Below are positions 1-11,208 of a stretch of 64,000 nucleotides of DNA, piece by piece. The DNA comes from Octopus bimaculoides. Its lineage: Eukaryota. Each line of letters starts with the position of its first letter. Position 1 is the first letter of the stretch. The DNA lies in the NCBI RefSeq assembly GCF_001194135.2, contig NC_068990.1, positions 92,468,161 through 92,532,160 on the forward strand, given 5' to 3'. A program made the position numbers and the translations under genes. A model generated the notes under the pieces. It was not told the DNA's origin. It did not search any database and worked only from the letters and a program-made list of their open reading frames with translations.

Positions 1-186
1 AGTAGCTATGCTCATAAATGTATTAAGATATGTAAAAAGCTGAGGCTGAAATACAAACATGAGAGTGGCTTATTGAATTCTACTGTTGCTGAGTTCCCAC
101 ATGTACCACATGGAGTTGAAATACTTCTGAAGCAAATCAAAGAGGAAATCAGACAACACAATGAAACTAGGAAAGAAATGCTGTCT
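1..186 (+). CDS. Large lipid transfer protein (vitellogenin/apolipophorin-like), exon a (5' end runs off the window)
   Basis: Frame +1 is open from base 1 (SSYAHKCIKICKKLRLKYKHESGLLNSTVAEFPHVPHGVEILLKQIKEEIRQHNETRKEMLS). Donor TCT|GTGAGT at 187, phase 0, compatible with the exon at 632. Confidence 0.7.
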
Positions 187-224
187 GTGAGTAACCATCT
201 TTCACATTTGTTTTATCATTACTC

Positions 225-333
<109 letters not shown>

Positions 334-358
334 TTATTAATTTTATTATTAATTACTG

Positions 359-575
359 TAAGGTGGTGAGCTGGCAGAAACGTTAGCATGCCTGGCGAAA
401 TGCTTAGCAGTATTTCGTCTGTCTTTACATTCTGAGTTCAAATTCCACCAAGGTCAACTTTGCCTTTCATCCTTTCAGGGGTCAATAAATGAAGTACCAG
501 TTGCATACTGGGGTCAATCTAATCGACTGCCCTCCCCCCCTAAAATTTTGGGCTTTGTGCCTAGAGTAGAAAAAA
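359..575 (+). mobile_element. tRNA-derived SINE, family A
   Basis: GGTGAGCTGGCAGAA...GAGTTCAAATTCC...CTTTCATCCTTTC.GGGGTC.ATAAAT.AAGTACCAG. Further copies at about 6810, 7412, 33215 and 56780 (+) and about 10345, 10580, 11545, 11710, 13640, 45180-45870 and 57800 (-). Confidence 0.85.
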
Positions 576-631
576 ATAAAAATTATTAATTACTGTTTAT
601 CACCTGTAATGTTTTCACCTTCTTTTTCCAG

Positions 632-817
632 TATTTCTTAGGCTTGCTGGAAACTTCTCAAGACAAAGTACTTCCTTTGAAACTTTTGAGAAACTTTGGA
701 GATCCAGAAAGCTTACCAATACTTATTGATATCATCAAAAGTGAAAAACCTATGATGCTCCGTAGCTTGGCTGTTGATGTTCTGTTAAGAATGCCTTTGG
801 ATACCTTGGTTCAAGAT
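632..817 (+). CDS. LLTP exon b, alpha-helical domain
   Basis: Acceptor ttctttttccag|, donor GAT|GTAAGA. Encodes YFLGLLETSQDKVLPLKLLRNFGDPESLPILIDIIKSEKPMMLRSLAVDVLLRMPLDTLVQD. LRNFGDPESLPIL resembles the ALGNxGxPxSL motif of the vitellogenin/apoB/MTP helical domain. Confidence 0.85.
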
Positions 818-1220
818 GTAAGATTCCTTATTTTCTGCTTTCATCACCAAACAACCAACTGTTTCATATGTATATGACACATTTGTATTCACTTCCTTTA
901 ACTTGTAACTCCAGGGTCCACACAAACACCTCATCACCACTATTTTACCTCTTCCCTGCTCAATACCGATTCCTTCACTGCCGTCTTTTCTAAAATCTGA
1001 GGAGCCATATATCTCCTCTACTACAAGAAACTGGTTCTGCAATGGCTTGTCTTCTCATACTTTAATCTTGCATCTCCTAGCATAAAGCCGTCTCTTTTGG
1101 AGTTTGTAGAGTTGCAAGCTGTATGGCTAGCTCACTTGCTCTGGTGCCATGAAAAATACCCAGTACACACTGTAAAGTGACCAGCATTGGGAAGGGAATC
1201 CAGCAGTAGAAAACATGCCA

Positions 1221-1222
<2 letters not shown>

Positions 1223-1263
<41 letters not shown>

Positions 1264-1519
1264 TTATGTTTGACTTTTGTTTTGCATTTGTACAAGTTGG
1301 ATCCAAGTCTCACCCAGAGACCTCAAGAGACAACAAGTTAGAAGTTCATGTAGGTGTTATGCCTAGGGTACCATATATTTGGATTTGTACAGTTTTGTTC
1401 AAGTGAATGTTTAAGAAACCATAAGAAAATTATGTGTTTGCTTTAAAATTTGAGATCACATAGACAGTATTTTACGTAGGATATGGGCAGTTCCCATGAG
1501 CACTATCTTTTGAACTTCA

Positions 1520-1583
<64 letters not shown>
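1223..1583 (-). mobile_element. 3' end of an RLE-type LINE (R4/Dong-like) between (TAA)n arrays
   Basis: The minus strand encodes EVQKIVLMGTAHILRKILSM*, followed by a 3' UTR. The same UTR recurs in opposite orientation at about 11230-11460. Confidence 0.75.
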
Positions 1584-2071
1584 NNNNNNNNNNNNNNNNN
1601 NNNNNNNNNNNNNNNNNNNNNNNNNNNNNNNNNNNNNNNNNNNNNNNNNNNNNNNNNNNNNNNNNNNNNNNNNNNNNNNNNNNNNNNNNNNNNNNNNNNN
1701 NNNNNNNNNNNNNNNNNNNNNNNNNNNNNNNNNNNNNNNNNNNNNNNNNNNNNNNNNNNNNNNNNNNNNNNNNNNNNNNNNNNNNNNNNNNNNNNNNNNN
1801 NNNNNNNNNNNNNNNNNNNNNNNNNNNNNNNNNNNNNNNNNNNNNNNNNNNNNNNNNNNNNNNNNNNNNNNNNNNNNNNNNNNNNNNNNNNNNNNNNNNN
1901 NNNNNNNNNNNNNNNNNNNNNNNNNNNNNNNNNNNNNNNNNNNNNNNNNNNNNNNNNNNNNNNNNNNNNNNNNNNNNNNNNNNNNNNNNNNNNNNNNNNN
2001 NNNNNNNNNNNNNNNNNNNNNNNNNNNNNNNNNNNNNNNNNNNNNNNNNNNNNNNNNNNNNNNNNNNNNNN

Positions 2072-2607
2072 AATGTATAAAGACTAGTATCCCCGTTATG
2101 ACTACCCATCTGATAAGGGTACACCAGGCACATGCGTCACAACCATATGTACGCGACATGGTGATCTCATATCAAAATTAACAGCGTATGACCTCGCAGG
2201 TGGAGCCCAGTTAGAATTTTCTTCAGGTCGAGTAGCCCATCCAGCTCAAAAAGTCCCTGAATAAGGTTTGTTTAAGGATGTTGAGCAAAACACCCATTTT
2301 TTCAAAGGTGAATTATTCAAACCCCAAAGAATTCCTCTCAGCACATGGCTATGATGCTCCCCCACTACTTCTGCTCGTGGTCAGAGATGCACATACCATC
2401 AGCCAATAACGTTAGGGTCAAGCAACTGACAAGCAAATCTGTGGTATTGGGCAGAATATTTGCTATGGCCCATCTTTTACTCCAAGAGAGAACATATACA
2501 TGATAACACTTCCATTCAATTGAAATCAGAAGCCATGAGAACCACTGCCTGGTACTGTGTCAGGGCATTTATCATTATTGTTGTTGTTGTTGTTGTTATT
2601 ATTATTA

Positions 2608-2644
<37 letters not shown>

Positions 2645-3125
2645 CATTATTATTATTAAGGACCAGAGTCATTAGTGTGTTGGACAAAATGCTTAAAAAT
2701 GCTCCAGCTTTTAACATTCTGAATTCTGAATGGTGAGGTGCCAGTCAGGTACTGGGGTTGATATAATCAACTTGCTCCTCCCCTCAAAACTGGTGGCCTT
2801 ATGCTAAAATTAGAAAGATTGTTGTTGTTGTTGTTGTTGTTAAGTGAGACAGCAGAATATGCCATCAAAGTGACACAGGGTACAAATGTATAAAGACTAG
2901 TATCCCCGTTATGACTACCCATCTGATAAGGGTACACCAGGCACATGCGTCACAACCATATGTACGCGACATGGTGATCTCATATCAAAATTAACAGCGT
3001 ATGACCTCGCAGGTGGAGCCCAGTTAGAATTTTCTTCAGGTCGAGTAGCCCATCCAGCTCAAAAAGTCCCTGAATAAGGTTTGTTTAAGGATGTTGAGCA
3101 AAACACCCATTTTTTCAAAGGTGAA
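2072..3125. repeat. Interspersed repeat present as two near-identical copies of about 240 nt (2072-2311 and 2887-3125), each beside a gap
   Basis: Direct sequence comparison shows about one indel between the copies. Confidence 0.8.
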
Positions 3126-3714
3126 NNNNNNNNNNNNNNNNNNNNNNNNNNNNNNNNNNNNNNNNNNNNNNNNNNNNNNNNNNNNNNNNNNNNNNNNNNN
3201 NNNNNNNNNNNNNNNNNNNNNNNNNNNNNNNNNNNNNNNNNNNNNNNNNNNNNNNNNNNNNNNNNNNNNNNNNNNNNNNNNNNNNNNNNNNNNNNNNNNN
3301 NNNNNNNNNNNNNNNNNNNNNNNNNNNNNNNNNNNNNNNNNNNNNNNNNNNNNNNNNNNNNNNNNNNNNNNNNNNNNNNNNNNNNNNNNNNNNNNNNNNN
3401 NNNNNNNNNNNNNNNNNNNNNNNNNNNNNNNNNNNNNNNNNNNNNNNNNNNNNNNNNNNNNNNNNNNNNNNNNNNNNNNNNNNNNNNNNNNNNNNNNNNN
3501 NNNNNNNNNNNNNNNNNNNNNNNNNNNNNNNNNNNNNNNNNNNNNNNNNNNNNNNNNNNNNNNNNNNNNNNNNNNNNNNNNNNNNNNNNNNNNNNNNNNN
3601 NNNNNNNNNNNNNNNNNNNNNNNNNNNNNNNNNNNNNNNNNNNNNNNNNNNNNNNNNNNNNNNNNNNNNNNNNNNNNNNNNNNNNNNNNNNNNNNNNNNN
3701 NNNNNNNNNNNNNN

Positions 3715-3739
3715 ATTATTATTATTGTTATTATTATTA

Positions 3740-3783
<44 letters not shown>

Positions 3784-4140
3784 TAGTTTTATTTTTATAA
3801 CGTGCTTTCACTTCACTACCGAGCGCAGCTCTGTGCGCCTTGGGTATGTGCTGTGGTTTGCTGTGGTGCTCTTATGTTTACTGTATTGAAAGTGTTTTGC
3901 GTAGAATGTGTGCAGTACCCAGTAGTGCAATTTTCTGTATGTTATATATATTTGTAAGTCCTGGTGTTTTTGTTATGTATTTGTCTGAATATTTTTTTAT
4001 TATACCTAAGGCACCTACTATGATGATAGGAATTGTTTCTGTTTTTAGATTCCACATTCGAGTTATCTCTATTTCCAGGTCTTTGTATTTTGAAAGTTTT
4101 TCCATTATTATCATTATTATTATTATTATTGTCATTATTT
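3715..4140 (-). mobile_element. 3' end of an RLE-type LINE (second family) between (TAA)n arrays
   Basis: Encodes EKLSKYKDLEIEITRMWNLKTETIPIIIVGALG...IQKIALLGTAHILRKTLSIQ*, the C-terminus of a PD-(D/E)xK endonuclease. The UTR recurs at 11066-11140. Confidence 0.8.
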
Positions 4141-4163
4141 TAATTTTCTTTCTCCTCGGACAG

Positions 4164-4381
4164 AAAAACTCTGAATTGATTCGTTTGTACATGAGTGTCC
4201 AAACCCCTGAACTTCTCCGTGTAAGATTGTTAAAAGCTTTGATTGCAAACTCTTTGAATGACGATATCTGGCAATTATTAGTTTCTTCAATCCGTTATGA
4301 ACCAAACTGCTATGTTGCTAAATGGGCTCATAATTACATCAGACAACTGGCTGAATCTGAATACAAACCCATCAAATTGTG
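4164..4381 (+). CDS. LLTP exon c, end of alpha-helical domain
   Basis: Acceptor cag|, donor TG|GTAAGT (phase 2). Encodes KNSELIRLYMSVQTPELLRVRLLKALIANSLNDDIWQLLVSSIRYEPNCYVAKWAHNYIRQLAESEYKPIKL. EPNCYVAKWAHNYIRQLAES resembles the LLTP ExNxQVxSFVxSHLxxL motif. Confidence 0.85.
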
Positions 4382-4679
4382 GTAAGTATTTGAATTTATT
4401 CATACACATAAACATACATACATGATGACCATCCACTCGTGACTGAGGAAGACCATTGCTGACCTTCAGGAACATTGTGTGCTCTAGGACTAACCTATAT
4501 TTTGCATTTGCAGCCCCGTTGGGGGCTAATGAGCCCTGCTCGTGACAAACAGACACAACTGCAAACATTACAAACCAAGCTTTCCCCATTCACTACACCA
4601 AAGGGGATAATCTCCATTGTTTATATCTGTATTGTTTATTCCCCTAAATATTTCAAAGAGGCCATAAGCCAACAGGTCT

Positions 4680-4739
4680 TAGGGTCTGAAGATATGCCAT
4701 AAAGGTACCCTTTATGGTGAGAAACCCAGGGTACCCCTA
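4680..4739 (+). ncRNA. Type I hammerhead ribozyme motif (minimal stem III, Penelope-like type)
   Basis: CUGAAGA at 4686-4692. 10-bp stem II (UGCCAUAAAG/CUUUAUGGUG). GAAA at 4721. Stem III ACCC-A-GGGU. GUA cleavage triplet at 4731-4733. Stem I UAGGG/CCCUA with one closing U-C mismatch. Confidence 0.6.
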
Positions 4740-5038
4740 TAAACCAGCCTTCACCAGTCATTAATATAGACTGCTCTGCTTCTTAGTGTGTGCTTCTTTT
4801 CTGGATTTATGCTTTTCTAAAAAAATTATAGTGAACAATGTTTGACGATACCGGTATGACTTTGAATCTCTTTAACAATTCAAAATAATGCCTCTTAATG
4901 AAATTTAAGAGGAATAAAAATTCCTCTTAATTCTAACTCAGGTCATCTAATTATATATATTTTTTGTTACTTTTCATAAAAAAGACTTTATTTTTTCGAT
5001 ATCCAATGTGCATTTTCACTTTTTTCTTCTTACTTTCC

Positions 5039-5116
<78 letters not shown>

Positions 5117-5397
5117 GAGTGTAGCTTAATGGGTTAAAAAGCCCTTTGGATAGGCTCAAACCCTCATCTTCTATAAACATGACAGACATTTTAACCATTT
5201 TACCAAAGCAACACTTTGAATTTTCTCCATCCATGTTAGAAGCTTTGTTCTTAACAGAGAGAATTCTTAGATGTTTACATTATAACAATCTAGAAACTTC
5301 AAGAGATATGAAGTAAATTCTTTTTAACAGTGGAACAAACATAATTATTCCTTCTGTCTTATGCTGAAACTAAGTACTCCTGTTTTTTTTTTTAAAG

Positions 5398-5468
5398 GAC
5401 TCTGAAGGCACGCAAAGCTATGGCTGTTTGGCCAGTTTGGTCTTCTCCATGCTTTGAGAGCCAGAAAG
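5398..5468 (+). CDS. LLTP exon d
   Basis: Acceptor (t)n-aaag|. The first base completes Trp (phase 2). Encodes TLKARKAMAVWPVWSSPCFESQK. Donor AAAG|GTGTGA (phase 1) joins 6127 in frame. Confidence 0.7.
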
Positions 5469-6126
5469 GTGTGATGGATATCTATGAACTGGTAAAAGAA
5501 CGAGTACTGTATCCCATCCATATCTCCAAATACTTGGGTAAGTTCTATTTCTCCCACCACAACCCACATTTCATCTCTCACCACACCTCCTTTTTTTTAT
5601 CTTTCACACCCTCTTCATCATTGATTCTGAATACGATTTACTCTTTACCACTCATACTCCATCCAGCTTCTACTACAATTACTGAATATCAACTCCGAGT
5701 ACAACTCCATCATACTTCTGATTGTAATTCTGAATATATTTCTTGGATCCACTCCCAGTTCCACAAAATCTAAACATATCCAAATGCACAATCCTTCTTC
5801 AATAATCCTAACACAATGCAGAAGGTAACGCAGCCCTTTTCAAGGGGTTGTTATTTTATGGTAATTACCACTGCATGTTTCCGTACGTATCACTCTACAT
5901 AATATCATGGCAGAGTCATATATAAGTGGTTTTTAATCAGTTTTGAGGCTGTTTTGTTTAGTAGATTTTCCCAGCCCCTCACCTCATAATACACTCAGTC
6001 TCTCTTGCTGAGTTCCCACTTATACTCATTCTCTCGGACTCTGTCTCTCTGTCTGTCTCTCTCTCTCCCTCCCCCTCTCTCCCTCTTTCTTCTCTAATCA
6101 AATCCTTCTCTATATTTTGGCTTCAG

Positions 6127-6242
6127 AATCTATCCAGGAAAGCATAGCTGTTGATATCCAACTCCTTCCAGTAGACCATTCCATATACAGCCTCATCTTG
6201 AGAGGTAGAATCGCTTCAAAATTGACCTACCATGATTATGAA
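6127..6242 (+). CDS. LLTP exon e
   Basis: Acceptor cttcag|, donor GAA|GTAAGA. Encodes (E)SIQESIAVDIQLLPVDHSIYSLILRGRIASKLTYHDYE; phase 1 in, phase 0 out. Confidence 0.75.
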
Positions 6243-6411
6243 GTAAGAATTTTTTGGTATCCGTTTTTGAATGTTTTTTTTGCATGGCTGCAGTCAAAAG
6301 CTGAAACAAATAAAAGAATAAATATTTGTACTTATGTGTGTGTTGTACATAAGTATATGTATGAGTGTACATTTGTATAAGCATGTGTGTGTGTGAATGT
6401 GTATGTGTGTG

Positions 6412-6451
<40 letters not shown>

Positions 6452-6562
6452 AATATAAACATATGAACATATAAATATATATGTGTATATATTGTATTTA
6501 CAATATATTCCACTTCTTTCGTTGTAATTAACAAACTAATTATTTCAATCCTTCTTCGTTAG

Positions 6563-6598
6563 ATTCAACTTGAACTCTCCACTGAAGCTCTTAAACAA
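6563..6598 (+). CDS. LLTP micro-exon f1 (IQLELSTEALKQ)
   Basis: cttcttcgttag|ATTCAACTTGAACTCTCCACTGAAGCTCTTAAACAA|gtaagt; 36 nt, phase 0/0. Confidence 0.7.
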
Positions 6599-7173
6599 GT
6601 AAGTTGTTTTTAAATCTTTTTTTTTTTTCTGTTTTGTTTCTTTCCTTGAACTGCACAGCTCCAGCATGACCACACACACACACTAGCCGAAACCAGTTCA
6701 AAGCTACAGTCTTTCTTCTTTTAAATTGAATCTTAAGTCTCTCTGGATCCATTTCACACCAAAATTATGTCATCATCATCATCATCATCATCATTATTTA
6801 ATATCTCTCAAGGTGACGAACAGGCAGAGTCGTTAGCGGTGTTTCATCTGTCTCTAACGTTCTGAGTTCAAATTCCACCGACTTTGCCCTTTTATCCTTT
6901 CAAGGTTGATAAATCAAATACCAGTTGCATACTGAGGTCGATCTAATTGACTGCCCTCCCCCAACTCCCACCAAATTTGACAGATACAATATGTACTTGC
7001 TGGACTTGTGTGTGTGTATGAGTGTGTATGTGTGTGCATGTGTGTGCGTATATGTGTGTTTGAATATAGACATATAAACATATAAATATATATGTGTATA
7101 TATTGTATTTACAATATATTCCACTCCTTTCATTGTAATTAACAAACTAATTATTCCAATCTTTCTTCGTTAG

Positions 7174-7209
7174 ATTCAACTTGAACTCTCCACTGAATCT
7201 CTTAAACAA
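7174..7209 (+). CDS. LLTP duplicated micro-exon f2 (IQLELSTESLKQ)
   Basis: Copy of f1 located 611 nt downstream, with intact tag| and |gtaagt sites and one GCT>TCT change. Whether it is used is unknown. Confidence 0.5.
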
Positions 7210-7664
7210 GTAAGTTATTCTTAAATTATTTTTTTCTCTTTTGTTTCATTTCTTGAACTACACAGCTCCAGCATGACCACACACACACTGGCTAAAACCA
7301 GTTCAAAGCTAAAGTCTTTCTTCTATTATGTCATCATCATAGTCGTCATCATCGTCATCATCATTATCATCATCATCATTGTCCTCTTCATCATCATTAT
7401 TTAATATCTCTCAAGGTGACAAACAGGCAGAGTCGTTCGCTGTGTTTCATCTGTCTCTCACGTTCTGAGTTCAAATTCTACCGACTTTGCCCTTTCATCC
7501 TTTCAGGGTCGATAAATCAAATACCAGTTGCATACTGGGGTTGATCTAATCGACTGCACCCCGCCATTCCCACCAAATTTCAGGCCTTGTGCCTAGAGTA
7601 GAAAGGATTATTTAACATCTCTCATCCATACTGACATGGGCTGAACTGTTTGATAGGATCTGAC

Positions 7665-7960
7665 TACATTATTTACATTTGATGGATATTTGTCCTCATC
7701 TTGTTTGTTCTTAACACAACATTTCGGCTGATATACCCTCCAGCCTTTATCAGGTGTCTTGGGGAAATTTCGAACCTGGGTTCTCATTCCTAAGGTATTT
7801 TTCGATGTAATTATAATTATTATTATTATTATTATTAATTAGGTCACAGCCTGGAATCGAACTTGGAATCTTGGGGTTAGCAGCCCACGCTCTTAACCAC
7901 TATGCCATATGCCCATGGGCTTGTAAATAATGTGCATAATTCCTCATCTCTTAAATATAG
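7665..7960 (-). mobile_element. Composite SINE: tRNA-derived head + (AAT)n + hammerhead-bearing tail, with an inverted tail copy upstream
   Basis: Head at 7914-7842 with box A TGGCATAGTGG, box B AGTTCGATTCC and a CTGCTAA loop. (AAT)n at about 7810-7838. Hammerhead at 7758-7713. 12/13-nt inverted repeat at 7665-7677 and 7922-7934. Confidence 0.65.
7713..7758 (-). ncRNA. Decayed type I hammerhead ribozyme motif inside a SINE
   Basis: The minus strand reads GACAC CUGAUAA A GGCUG gaggguauau CAGCC GAAAU GUU GUGUU. Stems I and II pair. The core differs from consensus at G8>A and C15.2>U. Confidence 0.6.
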
Positions 7961-8721
7961 AATTGTATAAGGATCTCACTAGTTGAAGAACTGTGCCTTA
8001 CTTCAATATCTTCAATGGCTTCTGCAGCTTGATGCCTTTCCTAGTGTCCACTACTTTACAGAGTACCCTGGGTGCCTTTCTCCATGGTACCAGCGCTAGT
8101 GATATTGTCTTGCAACTTTCAAATCTCTAAAATATTGATAACCTCTAAGACAATAGTTCTTCAAACAAATTACAAGTTTCTTGACATCTGCCATAGATCT
8201 AGCAAACCCCAAAGTGAACTGATGTACGCAGTAAGGTGGGTGGGGGGAAGACATTTTGTTGAATAAAGGATGCTTCATCTGCTTCCAATGTATTAAAGAC
8301 CCTCTGATCCAAACTAAGTTCCTCCCCTTAGAATTGCTGGCTTTGTGCTGAAATCAGAAACCATTATCTATCTCCCCCTGAAGTAGCTCTTGTTGTTGCT
8401 GTTGCTGTCGTTCGTCCATTGGTTGATTGGACCTTTGATTAAATGTGCCTTAGTGACCATCATGCCTTTCTGTGCATCTGGTATTACACTATCTGATGTG
8501 TTTTTTTTTTTAGGTGTACAATGTTATTTGAGGAAAATTTGGCTGTTATGTCTAGCAGATTAATCACCCTTTCAACAGCTCCTTTACTAGCTCATGATCA
8601 TTTAGAGGCTTTTTTTAGGCCACACGGTTGTAGTCATTAGAAGAAATTAATTGTAATTAGAAAGTAGTTTCTATTTATTTAAATATTCTAATGAATTCAT
8701 GTTTTCTTTCATTTTTTTCAG

Positions 8722-8797
8722 GCTTTGAAACAAACAACATTGTTGCTGTTGAAGGATGTTGGAATTGTCTTCTCCTTGGACAAAGAGTCTGTACAAA
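8722..8797 (+). CDS. LLTP exon g
   Basis: Acceptor tttttttcag|, donor A|GTGAGT (phase 1). Encodes ALKQTTLLLLKDVGIVFSLDKESVQ. Confidence 0.8.
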
Positions 8798-9844
8798 GTG
8801 AGTAATGAATACATTTCTTGTAAACACAAGGTTTTACTGATGAGGTTGATGATAGCAGGGGTGTCTTGTGATATAGAATTACTTCCCTTTATATCCCATG
8901 TTCGAATTTGTTTCGAGACTGATTAAATAAAATATCAATTAACTCTCTGGGAAATTAAATTTCATGGTTATTCTAGTAATGATGTTAAATATCTAAGAAA
9001 AAATAGAATTGGTATTTTCTCAGCAAACTTAATATATCTTAACAAAAAATAGTTTCAAACATGACATTCCCCAACAAAAGGTAGATTGGTATACAAAACT
9101 GCTTTCTGAAGTTAAAGGTGATGAAATTTTGAACTGATATGTCTGAGTTCTGCAGTAAAAGGCTTAACCGTTTTGATACCAACCCGACTGAAACCAGTTC
9201 TGGCTCTGTATTACAAATGTCTTGTTTTCAAAAGTTTTGAATTAGTTCCTAACACTAGCTGAATGATAACTAAGTTATTTTACTAAATTCTTTGTTATCT
9301 TCAAAATTAGTTGAAAGAAACACAAAGCATCTCAACAGAAATATGGTAACAAAAGGGTTAAGTTGTGAGGGACATGTTAATTAACAATAGTATTCTTCCT
9401 ATATTTGTGGGATGTGGTATGCCTGTGTGGTTAGTAAATTTGTCCCCTAACCATGTGGATGCTGGTTCAGTCTCATTGCATGGCACCTTCAGCAAGTGTC
9501 CTCTACTGTAGCCTTGTGAATGAATTTGGGGGATAGAAACTGAAAGAAACTCATTAAATATGAATGTGTGTGTGTCGGGGGGGGNNNNNNNNNNGGGGGG
9601 GGGGCGGTCTCCTTGTCATGGGATCACACAGTAGACGTAAAACAAGGATCACTATCATATAAGTGGTGTTCTTCATATCCAGCCATCCCTGAAAACATGT
9701 CTGAAATGTGGAAATAGCTTGCTTAGAGACAAGTGAGGGTTGGTGACTGGAAGAGCATCCAACTGTGGAAAATCTGCCTCAACAAATACTCTGTTTGATC
9801 CATGGAAATATGGAAAAGTGAACATTAAAACAATGTTGTTGATA

Positions 9845-9885
<41 letters not shown>

Positions 9886-9899
9886 CGTGGTCGTGGTCG

Positions 9900-9940
<41 letters not shown>

Positions 9941-10115
9941 TGTGTGTGTTAGTTTGTTTGTCTCCCACAGCCTGACGACTAGTTTGACCTAAGAGACCAA
10001 CTGAATAACTGCCAAGCTTTTAAACACTGGAGACAATTTGATTGACCAAACTCTTTGAATTTGTGTTCCCTTTTCCATTTGTTCCTTAAATATTAGCATT
10101 TTTTCTCTCTTGCAG

Positions 10116-10278
10116 GCTGGAGAAAGTTACAGGACTTGGTTGAAGTTATTGTTTCATCTGCAGAAGAAAAGGTTCCCACCTTCGTTGGTGCTCTTTTACA
10201 TGCAGAACAATCTCAGGTCTACATCCCTAAACTGCAGCACATTGTCGAAGGAAATAACTTAGTGTTGATGAACCCAAG
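10116..10278 (+). CDS. LLTP exon h
   Basis: Acceptor ttttctctcttgcag|, donor AG|GTGAGG (phase 2). Encodes (S)WRKLQDLVEVIVSSAEEKVPTFVGALLHAEQSQVYIPKLQHIVEGNNLVLMNP. Confidence 0.8.
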
Positions 10279-11065
10279 GTGAGGGCATCAACGTTTTAAA
10301 CTGTTCATTGAAATGAAATTAATAATGATGATGATGATGATGATGATTTCAAATGTTGGCACAAGGCCAGCAATTTCAGGGGTGGAAGTTTGTCAATTAC
10401 ATCAATATACCCCACTGTTCATCTGCTTATATTACTTATATTATCAACTCCTGAAAAGATGAAAGGCAAAGTCAACCTTAGCAGAATCTGAACTCAGAAC
10501 GTAAAGACAAACAAAATACCTCAAGAGCAATTTGTCCGAGTTTACAATTCTGCCAACTTGTCGATTGATAATGGTTTCGGACTTTGGTGCAAGGCCGGCA
10601 ACTTTTGGTGGGCTTAAAGTCAATTACATCGGCCCCCATCGCCCCCAGGACTCAACAGGTATTATTTATTTCATAGACTCCAAAAGGAAAGGCAAAGCTG
10701 ATCTTAGAAGAATTTGAGCTCAGAATTTGGAAAATTGGGAGATATCTCACTAAGCATTATTGTCCAACAAGCAAACAATTCTGCCTGCTTGCCACATCAA
10801 TAATAATAATAATAATAATAATNNNNNNNNNNNNNNNNNNNNNNNNNNNNNNNNNNNNNNNNNNNNNNNNNNNNNNNNNNNNNNNNNNNNNNNNNNNNNN
10901 NNNNNNNNNNNNNNNNNNNNNNNNNNNNNNNNNNNNNNNNNNNNNNNNNNNNNNNNNNNNNNNNNNNNNNNNNNNNNNNNNNNNNNNNNNNNNNNNNNNN
11001 NNNNNNNNNNNNNNNNNNNNNNNNNNNNNNNNNNNNNNNNNNNNNNNNNNNNNNNNNNNNNNNNN

Positions 11066-11148
11066 GCACATACCCAAGGCACACAGAGCTGCGCTTGGTA
11101 GTGAAGTGAAAGCACGTTATAAAAATAAACTACTGAACAATAATAATA

Positions 11149-11208
<60 letters not shown>

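Larger units (their letters stand above)
6390..7580. repeat. Diverged tandem duplication (unit about 610 nt) containing the micro-exon and a SINE
   Basis: About 6390-6978 versus 7010-7580; offset 611 nt at the micro-exon; scattered substitutions and indels. Confidence 0.85.

Noticed and set aside
995-1045. CTGAGGA...GAAAC spacing resembling a hammerhead core
   Set aside because: No stem II closes the core and stem I does not pair.
2072-3125. Near-identical 240-nt direct duplication as a recent biological event
   Set aside because: Both copies abut assembly gaps and are almost identical, so this is most likely a contig-end artefact or two copies of a young repeat.
7842-7914. Functional tRNA gene (also the heads at 359, 17995 and 53666)
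   Set aside because: Anticodon and acceptor stems pair poorly, and each head runs into a repeat body, so these are SINE heads.
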